Of a stretch of 64,000 nucleotides of DNA, positions 1-13,625 are shown piece by piece. A program made the translations under genes and the position numbers. Where the stretch lies: contig JAYWIR010000005.1 of NCBI GenBank assembly GCA_036172245.1, positions 5,084,001-5,148,000 of the forward strand. The letters run 5' to 3'. Every line of letters begins with the position of its first letter. Within the stretch, counting starts at the first letter, position 1. The notes beneath the pieces are model-generated. The model had not been told where the DNA came from, ran no database searches, and was given only the letters and a program-made list of their open reading frames with translations. The stretch comes from Raillietiella orientalis. Its lineage: Eukaryota.

Positions 1-19
1 TCCTGAAAATCTTATTCAT

Positions 20-1625
20 CGCTGGAATTTTTCCTTCATCTTTTCAGGAAAGATCCTTTTCTTACGGCGAGATTCAGCTTGTTTTTCGAGTACTTGGAAA
101 ACAAGCGTTGGATTTGGACGAATGACATGCTCTTTGGAACGCCCTCCTTGCTTCTTTCCCTTGTTCGATTGATAGAGGACTCCATGCGAGCGCCAGCAGG
201 AGAACGACTGAATTTCTAAGAAATACGATTCGACTCGCGGGCATGTGAGTAAAATTGATCCTCGAGCATCCTGAAGCAGAGTTGGGATGCTCTTGCTGCG
301 AGAGAAATCCCAAAATCGGAAACACACCGGTACAACTAACTAGGAAGGAGGCAGGTCTGGACATTCTGACGATGAATAAAATCGGGCTGCAGGTGCAGTT
401 CCGAATGTTGGCACCCTATGCCAAGATGTGGACTTTTCCTGGTGTGCGCCTGCGCGGCTCATCCTTCGGCGTTGTCGGCAGCGAGAAACTTTCATCCTTG
501 CTGCCACACTACTGATACAGGATGTGGGGATTCGGCTTCCCACTGAGGTAATTTGCCTCGCTGCTGGAAACCCACTCTTGGATCTTCTACAACCCAATGA
601 ACTCAAATGCCTACTGGCAGGAGACGTTCGTGACCTGGGTTTCCACATTCGAAATTTGGCCCAGGAGTACTTCATCCTCTGCATGCCCTTTCACAATCTT
701 CCACTGGAAGATGTTCCGAGGGACTTGACGAAGCCTGCCCGATTGGCCACCACACCGTGTGTAGCAGCGCTGTCTACCCTCAGGGCAAGCAGCAACGACA
801 TTTGCCGATCGGCGAGGTGGGGGGATTCTCCTGCACTATTGCAGGACTTGTCGAACTCCTGGGCGGATGGAAGGCAGATGAACTAGTGGACACCACCACC
901 CCGCGTCTTCGGGCTTTGGGGCTGCTTCGGTGGAGAGAGCTGTTGAGCGTGCCATTCGAAGAACTCATTGTCCTTCCTTTGTGAGTAAGCACTTCCGTAT
1001 TCCCTCGAATTGCAAACAGTGGAAGCAGTTTCTGCAGTAGCTTTCCAGTGCAACCAGAACAGGAACCTGGTTTCCGGGGGGGTTACATCCCCAAACTGCT
1101 TAAGACGAGGAGCAATTGAATCGTCCCCGGCTCTATTAGTCGACTGCACTGTCCTCCAGGAACTTTGGCAGCGGCTGACTGCATTACTGGTGCACAGTGT
1201 CTGTGGAGACTTCCAAGTGCTTGCTGCAGCGATTCTTCACCAGAGGCGGAGTCTCGACAGTCGCCGTTATCGCCACAGCCCTCCATTTGTAGGGATTCTG
1301 GGACACAACGAAGGAGGGTGGCACACTTGACAGCCATCTACATGAGGACGGCTGCAAAGTGGCCTCTACAGCATGAAGTCGGAGATCGCCAGCGTTCTGC
1401 GCCACCAGGAAGAAGCGACTCAAACCAAAAAAAAAAAAAACGTTCTCACCTTCCCTCATTTATTAATTTATTATTCCCTTTCCTTTCGCTTTGAGCTGCC
1501 CCAGCAAACGACCTGCGGATCAGTGAACCCCTCTTTTGAACTTTTGTTTATTGTGATTTGGGGAACTTCTTTTTTCAACTTGTGTTTATTGATAAGATAA
1601 ACACCCTTCGGCGTCACCAAGTGAA
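20..1625 (+). mobile_element. Decayed L1/Tx1-like non-LTR retrotransposon, ORF2 C-terminus and 3'UTR
   Basis: Frameshifted LRWRELLSVPFEEL...VSGGVTSPNCLRRG...LLVDCTVLQELW (zf-RVT-like CxxC...H...C region). T-rich 3'UTR and terminal hairpin at ~1596-1623. Confidence 0.7.
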
Positions 1626-2149
1626 AAACTAGGGAGGGAGTGTAGGATGGGATGGTTTGTTTCATTAATAAATAAATAAATGAGGGCCTAGACTCACGCT
1701 GATGCTACACCAACTTCTTTGAATCCATTCACTCTGAACGGCACATTTTGCACGGCCTCTTTGCACATTTTCTTAAAGAATGCAATGAGCTGCCATGCGT
1801 CACATGTGGTGATGATGTCAGATAACCGATGGAGAGTTCTAGCCGGCAGTTACTCGCTCTTCCTCAATCTCATCCCTTCTGAAGAACCATAAGTAGATAT
1901 TTTCCCCCCTACTTAGCAGGAATGCCAGTGTGCAGGAATTCTTGGAATAGTGAAAAGTGCACCCCTTCCTAACAACAGTGCCTTCAACCGTTGGAAATGC
2001 TCCCCTGATAGGAAACTCCGATGATGTTAGTCTGTTCCTCCAGTTTCAGCACGCAACATTCTAGTATCCATACGTCCCTTATTGCATCGATGCGATGAGG
2101 AGATCCTCACTTTGCGTGGGAGGTAACCGGCCGGGTAATCGCAGAGGTC

Positions 2150-2850
2150 ATCACTCCCAAAACTCAGTGCTCTGCAGGCCAGCGAAGACATGCCGAAAGA
2201 TCGAGCTGAGAGCCTGCAAAGATGGACCGAGTTTCTTAGTATTCCCCATTCATTTCTGGCGGACTCCTGCATCCTCCCTCTTGGTTGCCAGAAGTCTGCC
2301 GTCCTTCTGGCTCTCTGGGGTCTCCCCACGAAGCAAGAAACGTCACCGCGCGTCAGAGAGGAGAATGCCCATGATGCATTTTCTGTAGCATAATGAAAAC
2401 ACTTAGTCACTTGCTGCTCGAATGAGAGAAGCCACTGCTGGAGATGGAAGACCTCGCCGAAGAGAGAAGCTTGCGTGGTGCTGCCTTGGGAGGAATTCCT
2501 ACCACATGCGAGAGACGGTGACGGCCAAATTGGAAGAGCGTGGCCATCGTCCCGGAGATACTCTACGACCGCCCTGGACTAATTGCCAAATTCCCCAGCC
2601 TGGGATGTGAGGTATAACGGAATCCCCCGACGAGCCTGGATGGGCTGATCCGAAACCGCTGACCGTAAGTGTTCTCCCCCATGACTTCCATCCCTGCCTT
2701 TCGGAATTGGATTGGCCCTTTCCATTTCTTGATTCATTAGCCCTCCCTCCTCACCCTGTACTCCTCCGTAATTCTGTATCTAGTGGTTTCTATAGTGCAT
2801 ATGTTGGCCTCGAAGCGCATTAATTTGTATTTATTCATTTCAAATTAATG
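2150..2850 (+). mobile_element. Degenerate relic of the same retroelement tail
   Basis: ESLQRWTEFLSIPHSFL...LPLGCQKSAVLLALWGLP matches the family motif LPLKWQESALLLQHWGLP. Confidence 0.55.
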
Positions 2851-4699
2851 GTCCATCAGTCAGGGATGAGAAGTTTGGCCCTCGGGACGCGTTGCTAAGC
2901 TGCTCCCACCATCCGATTTCTTTGAGCTCAGCGGCTGCATTCGTTTTGCCGAACAGGTGTCTTCTAATTGGGAAAAATTCCCCCTGAAGGAAACTGGGAA
3001 GGAAACTACAGCTGACTTGCGTGCTGTCCAACGCAGAGATGCATGCCTTTCCCTGATGATAAAGCATCTCGACCTCTGCAAAGCCATGCTCTGCATTGGT
3101 CAGTAGCGCGCCACCATTCACTTCCTTTCGAACTGGAAGCATGCGCGCTTGCCGAGCTACTGTTTCATACACCCAGCTTGGTCAAATCTTCTTCCAGAGA
3201 GAGACGTATACATTTGAAGCGATCGATGTCGACTGTTTGAGCAGGAAATGTACAGTTTGGCAGGAGTTCCTGCAGTGACCACTTCACGCTGAACTCCGAA
3301 GTGGTCATCCATTGTGAATAAATCGCTAAGGACACTAAGAAAGATGGTAAATAACCCCTGGAAGCTTCCTGATCACACTCATCAACCTATCCCCTGGGCA
3401 GAATCTAGCTTTCGGTTGGACCCAGTCGCGCTACGCGATGAGCAAATCATTACTTGACTCTGTCTGTCCTTTTGAAAGTAACTCGTTGGTCCTAGGAGAT
3501 TCCTAGAGAGGAGAAAGAAAAGCAAACACCGCATCCTCCACCAGCACGAGGCATTTTTGTGAGAGCTCAAAGAGCCCGACGAAGGGGCAAGGCGCTAAAG
3601 AAACTGAAAAACTACATACAGGAGAAAAGAGGAGACCATTAAAAAGGAAATGGAGTATCCAGCGCCCCTGGAAGTTTTGCATAGAACAAATTACCAGATG
3701 TTAATAACAAACGGATGCGGAGCTCTCGATCCACAATAAGACTTGACAAACATTTGCTTGAGGGATATCAAGAGGAAGAGCACTAGACTTGATGACTAAG
3801 TATATAAGTAGCATAAGTAGTCGAGGGAAACTTGAAGGTGCGCTTCAAGGTGGGACGACATTGCCAGCGACCGAGAACGAGACCACCAGCAATGCAAAGA
3901 TGACTGGACGCGAAACGCAAAGTGCTGCAAGTCCATCTTCGTCACGCCTCTTCCAGAGGCAAAGCACTGCAGGCGGAGGACCGCGGACAGAGCAGTATCT
4001 CGGCTGCACTCGAAATTGAGAGCAGCATGGTCAGTGGAAGGTTCGAGAAGCGTTCGAGATCCTCTTTCTTTGTGCAGTTGAGCGGCAGGGGAAAGAGAGA
4101 TCGGATAGGAAGTAAAACCGGAAAAAAGGAGAGAACCAAAGAAGAGGTCATGTCGACGTCCGGTGCCTCTCTCGACGATGTCCGACTCCGATGAAATGCA
4201 GTGAGCCAGCGCCTTGAACGTTTCATGGTCACGCGGATCTGCTAGTGGACTTTTTTCTGATATCCACGGGAAGGAGGCCATCATCAGCTGGAGAAAGACG
4301 TCGGTGAAATTCAAGTCCTCCCGCAGCACAAGTGAAAGGTGATGACTCGGAGCCCCGGGGATAAGGTCGATGACCGCGAAGAGGCTAGGCGTCTAGCCGA
4401 TTATGCCAGCCCCACCTGCAACTGCGTGGCGCCCCCTTCCCCCATCTAGCAGAAGGACAGGAATAGCGAGAGCAACACCTTTTCCTCGTGGCCGCGTGTA
4501 ATGGACTCTGTTAACGACCCGGTGGACGAAGCGGAGAGACGTGCGATCGATAAAGGCCTGAAAAGCTTACGACCTTGTGCTTCTGCAGCCTCCATATCCA
4601 AGATCAAGGAGATTTTTCACTCAGTCACGTCGGGGCAATCCACCAACATGCAGTGGGATCTCTAAGAGTCCAGAATGGGAGGAATGAGGCGAGAAATAA

Positions 4700-6110
4700 A
4701 TATGGGAATATAGTAGGAATGGGGCAAGGGTCTTTGGTGTCCCTTCTTCTTAGGAAAAAGGAAACTGGGAAAGGTCCAGAGCATATAGGAGCGAATAATA
4801 AGAAAAAATAAACAAAGGGGTAAGGAAGGGAGAGGAGACATGGGTCCCGTCCGTTCTTCCATCCTAGAACGGTCGCTGGATGCCAATGATCTTCGCCTTT
4901 GCTTCCTCTTTCAGGTGAGGCCACCTAGTAGCCACCCTCATGTAAGCGGCTGCCATCACAGTGACCTCCCTTCTCTGGGTCTGCGTCTCGAACACATGGT
5001 GAGCTGTAACGATGGCGGGATGCAACGTCTCGCTGCGATCACTGCGCCGGTTGAGTCCACCAGACACCGTTAAACACCGCGGCAGGTCAGTCGCCAGCCT
5101 CCGCCACTGTTCTTCGACAGTACCATAGTTTAGCAGCAGGTTCAGGGTCGACTTCACCGACCCATAACCTGGCACAGTTGGTGGATGCAACTCCTCCGGA
5201 GACCAGGTACAGACGCCGATGGCACTGGAATCCCCAGTGCAGGAACAGCAGCATCGCCTGTTTTCACGTCACGGGAAACAAGGAAGTGTTTAAGCACTGG
5301 AAGGGACCACAAGTTCCCCTGGAGCGAAAGTTCACGTCATCGAAGAAGTCTCTTCGCCTAAATGCTCGGATTGGCGGCATCCGCTGATTCGCGCGTCTTC
5401 CAGCCGCCCAGGAGTTTTGTCTTCCCTGAAACGGTACAGGGAAACTCCCACCTCGCCGGTAGTCTGCTGTCATCTCTTGCCCTTAGGGAAGACAGAGCTG
5501 CAGCCAGAGGTGTGGCGGCCAGGGTGGACCACTTCGTTGAGTTCTGCACCACAGCTTCCAAAGGATGGCTAAGTGACGTAAGGAGTGAAGTTTCTCCGAG
5601 TGCATTCCCTGGTATTCAGTCTGGGGCACAACTCCCTCCTGCCAACAAGCAGTAAAATGAAATCGAAGATGTCGGGCAGTTCAAGACAGGAAAGCTTGAG
5701 TTGAAAAGAGGATCAAAAAGGTCTTGAATGCCAGAGGTAAATGGGGATCCTCATACGCAGCCTCAGAGTCGTACTTCTCCTCGTACCGCGCACACAACAG
5801 GCGATGAGAACCGTCCGTTTTCCCACGAGGGGCTATGGCAACGGACCTCTCGTGCACAGGTAATTCGACTTGATTGAATGACACTGCGGGACGCACTCGG
5901 GAGACATCCACGTCTTACCAGGGATATCTTCAGCATCCTTCTGTGCCCGGATCACGCTCCAGAACCCAGCAGGTTGCGTGCAGCCACCGTGTTCCCCACG
6001 AGCCTGCTGGCACACGAACCTGGGTTGTCCGACTCGATTGACTATGTTTGGTCCTTGATGATCGCCAATCTTCACGTGTTACGCGAAGGCGAATGCGATT
6101 GAGTTCGCTC
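4700..6110 (-). mobile_element. Degenerate retroelement relic (ORF2 C-terminus)
   Basis: Minus strand HWGFQCHRRRYLVSGGVASTNC...EEQWRRLA...MAAAYMRVATRWPHL is homologous to the other copies. Confidence 0.6.
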
Positions 6111-6114
6111 GAAG

Positions 6115-6800
6115 ACCGGTCGCGCCGGGACAGTAATTAAAAACGTTGCGTGCATGTTTGAATAAACCGTGTTTGCATGTTTATTCAAAAGTAAATCAAC
6201 AGACAACCACGTGGCCTGGAGGCACGACCTGGGAAAAGTCTACATGCAAGTGAGAAACTAAGAAGAAAGCGCTTTTGGTAAGGGGGGCTCAAGGGAAGAA
6301 CGTCGGAATACACATAGATCAGTGGATGCGAAAATGTGGGAAACCCTGGGCGCAAATGTTCGTTGCCTTCGATCGATCGGGGAAGGGAGGGAAAGAAGGG
6401 ATCATCAAGGTTCCTGTGATGCATCTTTCTGATCTGTTCCTCCCTATCTAGAAGTCCTCTTTGAGTTAGGGATGGCAGATGAGGTCTTCCTGCCACTCTT
6501 CTCTTCATAGATGAAGTTCAGCATATGACCACCCTCTGGTGTCACTGCCCGTCGCTCCACAGAGTGGCGATTCATGGCCGTCGCCCACAATCGCCTGCGG
6601 TCCTGAGGCCGGAATTCTGACAGCAAAAAGACCAAAGAATCTGCCAAGAGGGGTCCACCGGTGCAGAAAAGCAGCTGCCACATACGGGAACGAGTTGAAC
6701 CGACTTCATCAGGCACCAGCGGGTGACACGTTGCTTCTCGTTCACTGGTGACGTCGAAAACCAGATAGTCCCTCTACAGCTCGGAGAAAACACTTGTCTT
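6115..6800 (-). mobile_element. Highly degenerate retroelement 3' end
   Basis: Family terminal hairpin CCGG-CGCGA-CCGG at 6115-6138 after a T-rich UTR. Only weak coding remnants. Confidence 0.4.
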
Positions 6801-7732
6801 TCGCAAAAAATCTTAGTTCCACCCAGGCTCACTTTCCCGCGATATGTATTTGAATATGCATTGCAGTGGTCCAGGAGTGTACAGCGTAACAAGGAAGGTG
6901 ACCAATTGGAAAGATCTGCATATTCATCGAACTAAAGCTGGACGCTTAAATAACCACTGTAGTGATCAAGAACAGATCACCAAAGAGAAATAAGGCGCCA
7001 GCAACCCATCGCACGGACCAAAAGCTACGAGGGCGCCCTCTCGCAGGTCTTCGCCTTTCCATCCTCGTAAATCCGGTGCTCCAGAGAGCCTTCGGCTTCC
7101 ACTTGCCGCTGTGTTTCCTTGACGCGGCTTCCACTGCACTTCATTTTTGCGAACACAAATGCACAAATGCACGCGTGTTCACGCATGCCTATGAGCTCCG
7201 AGGCGTGCGATCGAGTCCATCGTAAGATTGCCAGCGCCCAGCCAAAGAGCACTGCAGGAGACAGCCCACGTTAATCGGGAAAAGGAAGCTTGCCGTTGTC
7301 TAGGATACCGACGTCAGCGGAGGAGGGAATGACGTCACCCCAGCTGCTGAGAAGTCGTCTCCGGTCCACCGGTAAGCACGCCCCCGCATCGATGCGGTGC
7401 CACAGCATCCTCAGGATGAACCGTTCTGTCAGTTCAGCGAAACCGATCTTTCGAGTAGTGGCCCCTCCGCCGACCTCGAGAGCTTCCCCGCCGTGTGGAT
7501 TCGAGCGCCACTCGGGCGAGAAGGAAAACGAGGGCTACACGCTCTCACAGGAGGGAACACCGAGAGACAGGGAAAAAGAACCACGAGAGCCCCCATAGGA
7601 CACCTCCTCTCTCCTCCATGCTGGAAGGGGCACTGACGTCACTTCCAGAGTTCCTCATCCTCATTTGCTTTCCTGTCCAAAACATGCACACCTAATCCCA
7701 GGCACGCTCTGTGACTGGATGCACTGGTGGCC

Positions 7733-10700
7733 TCAGCTCAGGGCTGACACCCATAGCTCGATCCAATCCCTGTAGTAGGAGACCCGAGAGTAAACGCCGG
7801 GCATCCCCGGCAAGCCGCATCCTATTCCCCAAGAAACAATCCCGTAGAGGTAGAACCGTCCTGACGAAAGAAGGGCGACAAAGGCTAGTCCACTCACCCC
7901 ATGTGGCGATTTCTCCCGTACTTACCGTGCACCTGGCAAGACAAGGGGCCGCCGCTATCGCCACCACACGCATCCCCTTCTGTTCTCAAGGGACCAGCAC
8001 ACAGCATCCCAGGGAGAATATTTACGTATGTCTCATCTTGCATGAAATTCTTACATAGCCGCTGTTCCATCACAGTAACCCTAGCCTCCAGCAGCACGTT
8101 CGACAGGCTTTCGGGGTCGTCTGCTGCAAAACAAGGAGAAAGGAGATGAGTTCGTCGGAGGAGGGTGCATGAAATACCCCAACACTCCGTTTCTCCCATG
8201 TTCTGTTACCCTTCCATCCGCAAAGTTTCGGAAAAGTACAGCAGGATGGAATTCCAAGAGCGACACACGACTTCGCATCTCGACTGAAGGAAAAAAACAG
8301 AATGGCATAGTTGCAAAGCAAGGAAAAAGTGGATGAAGAGCTGTGCAATACGTATCTATACACCCACCCTTCCTGCAACTCTCTCAGCAAATCTCGTCCT
8401 GGAAAGAGGAGCGCCTGAAAGCACCGTGGCGCAAAAAGAAAGAGCGGATTCTAGGTTGTATGGCCAAACACACTTCTTGGCTCCATGATGACCTCCCGCC
8501 TGCATGTCGCTGTCGACCACAGAAGCACGGATAAGGAAGATGTGACCTCGTGCACCACCCGTTGCGCGCGCGCTCACATTGCCCCGGAAGAGTGGAACCA
8601 CCGACGTGTGCACGTGTGAACCGCGCCCTCGGAGAAAAGGGAGAGGCAAAAACCGATGCCTCGGCGGGCCTCTCTTCATCCTCATTCCTCGTTTCATCAA
8701 GCATTCTTCGGGTACGCCTGCAGGAATTTCCCTTTGTAAGTCTCACCTGTGGGCACAAAAGTATCGTTCCCGGTCGTTATATGGAGGAACGGTGTCCAGA
8801 AGCGTTCAAACTAGCGCAGGAGGGTGCATCTTCAAGGTACAGCGCGCCCACTTTCGGCGCACGGTGCGGACGACTTGGAGCAGCGAGAGAAGTGCTACGG
8901 CGCACCTCCTCTTTCCCTCTACGCTTTCCCGCTCAATTCCCCGCCTCCGCGAGGTGGGCAGCAGCGAAGTGCGCCGGGTAGCAGCCAGCAGGCACACTCA
9001 CGTATCTGCATCCCCCAGCCGGTAATGGTGCAGGGGATCTGCCCGGACAGAATCGCACCGTAGATGTCCTCGTCATCGAGCGCGAGGCAGATCGGCTGCA
9101 CGAAATGGTTGAAGACGAATCCCCCGTAGGAATTAGGGAAGACCTTCAGCACTGCGATGTCGTTGCTCTGTTCTCCTTCTGAAAGAACAGCCGATGAGAA
9201 GACGACAAGCCATAGTCGCGCGGCTCTCGGCAAAGCTGCGAGGTGTCGCGCACATTTCGCAACACAGCCGACGTCGTCGCGAAACTGCGCTTGGCCGGCG
9301 ACCTCAGCTCCCCAATTTTCCGTTCCTTTCCTTCCCTGTCCCATAAGTCTCGCAGTGCCCACAAAATACGTGCCCTGGTGACCCTCCAGGATACGAAAAT
9401 TTCAGCCCGGCCACAGAAAACGGGAAGAGGTACACTGTTGCGCTCATCGAGGATATGGGGAAGCGTCTCCACTATACGTCGTCAGGGTAATTCCGGTGTG
9501 GCCCCTCCCACCTTACATGGCGCGCGTTACTTCTACAAGACGAAACGGCCTCATTTGTCTCTTCTCTGAAACCAGCGTCCACAAGTCGGAGGTCCCAAGG
9601 AAGATTAGCTACTCCCCGGGAGAAGCCATTCTTGCATCCAAACGCCTCTCCCTTGTCACGGGTGGCGCCGGCGCTGAACGGAAAGAGGATGCGTTTCCGA
9701 AACTCCCCAATGTTCAAAAAAGTAGATGAGAATCGCTTTAGCGTCCGCTCGTGAACTGCGACTCTCCAGGATCCGTGGAAGAACTGAAGCAGCCCCCGGA
9801 AGCAGAGATCGGAAAGCAGCGCCGAAGGGAAACGGATATTCAGGTCCTCGGCACCTGCTGAGTCTCCTCAACCCTCTCCCTCCTCCCGTCATTCATTTTT
9901 CTTTTCCAGACCCCAACCACACCTGTTCAGGCCACCCCGGGGGAAAACACCACCTCCCTCCTTACCTCTCAAGTAATTCGGGTGGATGACGACCTGCTCG
10001 ATGTGAAATAGCTGCTCCGTTTCTTCTGCCTGGTCCAGCCTGTAGCCGCCAACTTTCAGTCTGATAGCGGACGCGTGAACATCCCACACGCAGTGGGCAG
10101 CGGTCAGGACGTGATACTCCGAAATAATGGCCCCTCCGCATATGTGATACCAGTAGTCGTCCAATTCCACCAGTATCTGCGCCTTGACGGAGAGGAAAGG
10201 CAGAGGTCGAAATGGGTCAACATTGAGGACAACACGATGCTCGGGCGGCGCACTCGGAGGTCATGTCCCTCCAGGTCGGAGACTCACTTGCCAAGGATGA
10301 GCCCCATGGTACGTAGGGGAACCTCCGACGACCTTGTTGGCATCCTCACTGCTGGAGGCGACCGTGCTACTATTCCATGTCGGTGGGCTTTCGTTGCGGA
10401 AAGGTTGGCCCATGAAGACGTTTCGAAGACCGCAGTTCTCGATGTAAAGGCGATTCTGCGTACGCGAGCGTGCGTGCGCTGCCGTTGGCACCGCTTGGGA
10501 AGGCACGCCGTTCTCTTCCCCTGGTGGTGGAAGAGACCCGTGGTTACCCTCGCGCCGGAATTCGCTCTCGGTCGCATCCGCCTTCCCGAAAAGCAAAGAC
10601 CGGAACCAGCTGTTCCAGAAGCTGAGGTCCCTCACTGTCTTTCGGGGTCGCTTCCTCGCGACACAATTCTCTCTGCTCACCCTCACGAAACCCGACGTCC

Positions 10701-12105
10701 GGTCAGCCGTGGAGGAACGACGACCAGACTGTCTTTCCCGTTCCGAAACGGACCGGAATTCACCATGTCCTAGCAACCCCGTGCATTGGGGAGATAGCGA
10801 GAGCGAAGGCAGCAGCTTCAGCTGCAGGAGGATGCCAACGTGCATTGATCCGGGATGGTAGCCGACGAGCCTGTCGAACAAAAGACGCAAAAGCTGTGGC
10901 TCTCGCTGGTGTGCACGCGGTACAGAACGCACGCTATTGAGCGGATGCGAACTCGCCTATCCATCGGCATTCCTAGGTCAGGGTCTGCTCCACCTATGAA
11001 GGGGTCGCATAGGAAGGATGCGGAACGCCCGTGTCGTTGTCGTGGCCTCTTCCAAAAATGCTTCCAGGGGAAAGGACCACCTGCGCTCGTAGATTCGAAA
11101 CAGCCACTGCACGGACGGGTGCGATTGTGACAGCCAATTTTGACACAGCCATTTGTGCGTTCCCGGGAAGGTGTCCTAGGTGACCCGTGAACGGGACCGC
11201 GTACCGCGTAGACCGTTGGCAGGCCATGAAGGTGTCCCCCTCTCCGCCGCAGCAGTTTTCGCGCAGGGGATTTCTTTCGGCCCCATGGTGACGCAACCGG
11301 GGGCGCGGTAGGCGTGGAGACGATGGCGTACGGGGCCACCGCGGCCTCTCGAATGTTCACACCGCTATTTGCGAACACTCGGGGATTCAACGCTCTGGTA
11401 GTGTCCTTCGGCCGTTGGTGCTTGGCGTTGCCAAGATCAAGCGGGAAGGAGCCCTCTTTTCCGAAGAGGCATTCAGCAACTCGGAGAGCAGCTCCACAAG
11501 GCGTAGCGGACGCGTTCAGTCTGCGCAGCTTCGGCCCCTGCGGCACCACCGCAGACTTCGCACCAGAGCAGACGCGCAACTTGCTTGATGCAAACGAATC
11601 GTTCGCAGTGGTCAGCATGGATGGTTGGGAGTCCTGACGAGATCTGAATCCGTCGCCGGTGCCCTGCCCCTCGGCAGAGTCAGCACGCACACACCACGGA
11701 CTTGCGGATGCGTCTCAGAACACGGTCGTCTCAAGGGAGCGGTGGTTGTGCACGACGCCGAGAGCAGAGAAAAGCAGAAGAAGGAGATCTCCCTCTCTAA
11801 CAAACGTGGGGAACGGGAGGACTGTCCAGAAAACTCCCTCCGGGAAGAGGCCGTAAAGGTGACGCGAGTGCTTGTAGCTCGGGGAACGTCGGTTTCGCGC
11901 TGGCATTGCGGAATGAGAGGAAAAGCGTCGCTGGGGCGGCAGCCGCTCGGTTGCGGTTCCCTCGCGGGAGAGCGCCGGTGCCACGTGTCGCGTCCCCCTC
12001 GCTCGTCCTCCAGGGAGACGCCGCAGCGACGCAAAGAGCCACACTACCTGATGCGAGGCAGGAGAGCGGCGCCGCGATGCACACCATCATCCAGTAGAGC
12101 CGCAT
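7733..12105 (-). CDS. Secreted S1A serine protease zymogen, trypsin-like specificity (copy L), multi-exon
   Basis: Signal-peptide exon 12105-12048 ([19 protein letters not shown], phase-1 GT). Activation exon ends at 10288 (NCGLRNV...DANK|VVGG...HPWQ). His exon 10182-9966 ([17 protein letters not shown]). Asp exon 9178-9002 (SNDIAVLK...QPICL...TGWG). Ser exon 8123-7926 ([11 protein letters not shown]). Last exon 7860-7733 ([10 protein letters not shown]...PGVYSRV, TGA). Catalytic-domain junctions are GT-AG and phase-compatible. Exons between the signal peptide and the activation exon are unresolved. Confidence 0.9.
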
Positions 12106-12141
12106 CTCGCCCGGCGATCATGCCCAGTGGCAGCTGAGAGT

Positions 12142-12191
12142 CACGTATACATATATATATATACGTACGTACGTATGTATGTGTATACGTG
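12142..12191. repeat. 50-bp near-palindromic alternating purine/pyrimidine tract in probable 5'UTR intron (mirror copy 31861-31910)
   Basis: CACGTATACA-TATATATATA-TACGTACGTA-CGTATGTATG-TGTATACGTG. The outer 10-mers are perfect inverted repeats and the central 10-mer is self-complementary. Confidence 0.85.
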
Positions 12192-12699
12192 GCGGTGCCT
12201 TCTCGAGTGCTTGTGGTATATGAAGGTCAAAGTTGATGATTCCTTTCCGATGTCTTCTTGCGTATCATTGGCTCCCGTGATGCAGTGGTGTGTCATCGCT
12301 CACCTCCCGGCCGGCTAATTGGAGATCCGAATCGAAAGCATCTCGCGCCAGGCGAAACTCCGATCCGCGGAGAACACGAGAACGTGCGTGGCGAGCGGGC
12401 TAATTCGGATTTCGCCGGCGAAGGACGCCACGTGTGCAGGAGGCGCCCTCGCCATTGCGGCTGAGCGCCGTGCGTCGCCGGCGCGGCGGGGACTTCGTGC
12501 GCGTCGCTCTCTTCGGCCAGAGCCGACGGCGCCCGCTGGGGCTGAGAACGGGGGCCGTTTGCGGTCGGCCAGCACGGACGTCCGGGAAAATGTCCTCCTT
12601 CGTTAGGTTGGAAGAGGGAAAAAACTTGAACGAGGAAAAGCAGTGCCTCGCTTTCGCAGTCCCGAGGCGGCTACGATCTCAGGGATGGGCTCGGGACGG

Positions 12700-13625
12700 C
12701 GGCGGGAATAAAAAGGAAGAAGGGGGTATCGTCGAACGGGGAAAATGTGGGGAAGTGTGGCACACGGCGAGAGCACGCAGGGGAGGAAGACACCCGAGGA
12801 GCTGCGTTTCGCGCGCGGACGGGGAGCGTGGAGGGTGGAACACTCCTCTGGTCACGAATTTTTACCTTCCGGCAGCTCGTGGCGACTGCCCGTTTCAGGA
12901 GGTGGGGTCGGGAGCAAGTGGCGGCGCGTTTGGAACGCACGTTCTTGGGACCCCTGTGGTGTTGTGCGCGCGCATCGTTTCTCAAAGCGCGGCTAATCCC
13001 GAGCTTTCCCTCGAGTGCGTCGAACGCATTGCGTCCGCGAACTGTAGTGTCTTGCAACAGGAAACAGTTCAAACAAGTCAGCGGCACGCGGTATCTGAGA
13101 TTGCAGTCCAGTTGCGCTCGTTGTTGGCGATCCTGGAATGCCCCAGGAAGATTTCGTGGGCTCAGAGGACCCTCTTGCTGCAGCACTGTCTTTCCTCTTA
13201 ATTGACAGTGACAGTGACGATCCAGTTGTTTTGATGGCCACTACGGCTTGAACAGGCCGCCTGAGAAAAGGGCCGGTTGGGCGTGCAGAGCGATGGCGTC
13301 GCCAGGGAGGTGACCTGCAGCACTCTTGCCGACAGTCACGTGTGACGGGTGCGTGTTGCTCTCTGTCGTCCATGAAGACGGAAGTGCCTCTGCAGCAGGG
13401 TGTCGTCCTGGCTGTGCGACCACGTGCGGTGCGACCCCTACTGTCGAGCGGGTAGCGTAGCTCAAACAGCGCTGATTATCCGATTTGTTGGTCACCAAGC
13501 CCCACGCGCTCATGGGCGCTCGGAAGTACTCTTTCATGCCATTGCAGCTCGTGGGCACGCTCTCCTTGCAGTGGGCGTTCGAATCCGGACCATACGTGGT
13601 GCTATCAATTTTGACACCTGCCTGT
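12700..13625 (-). mobile_element. Retroelement relic spanning the inner breakpoint of the left arm (tail mirrored at ~30790-31350 +)
   Basis: Head-like GGATTCGAACGCCC at ~13575-13590, ORF1-like remnant (VFMDDREQH), and tail-like SIKRKDS... Confidence 0.45.

Larger units (their letters stand above)
7014..13220. repeat. Left arm of ~6.2-kb inverted segmental duplication
   Basis: Reverse complement of 30832-37039. Paired ORF coordinates sum to constants (44052, then 44047, then 44053), showing colinearity with two small indels. Inner boundary is ...TTGACAGTGACAGTGACGA at 13220. Similarity decays at ~7014-7045. Confidence 0.97.

Noticed and set aside
10818..13201. Long ORFs duplicated in both arms (290, 255 and 171 aa) as conserved genes
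   Set aside because: Their identity reflects the duplication. They cross introns and TE relics in GC-rich DNA and show no domains.
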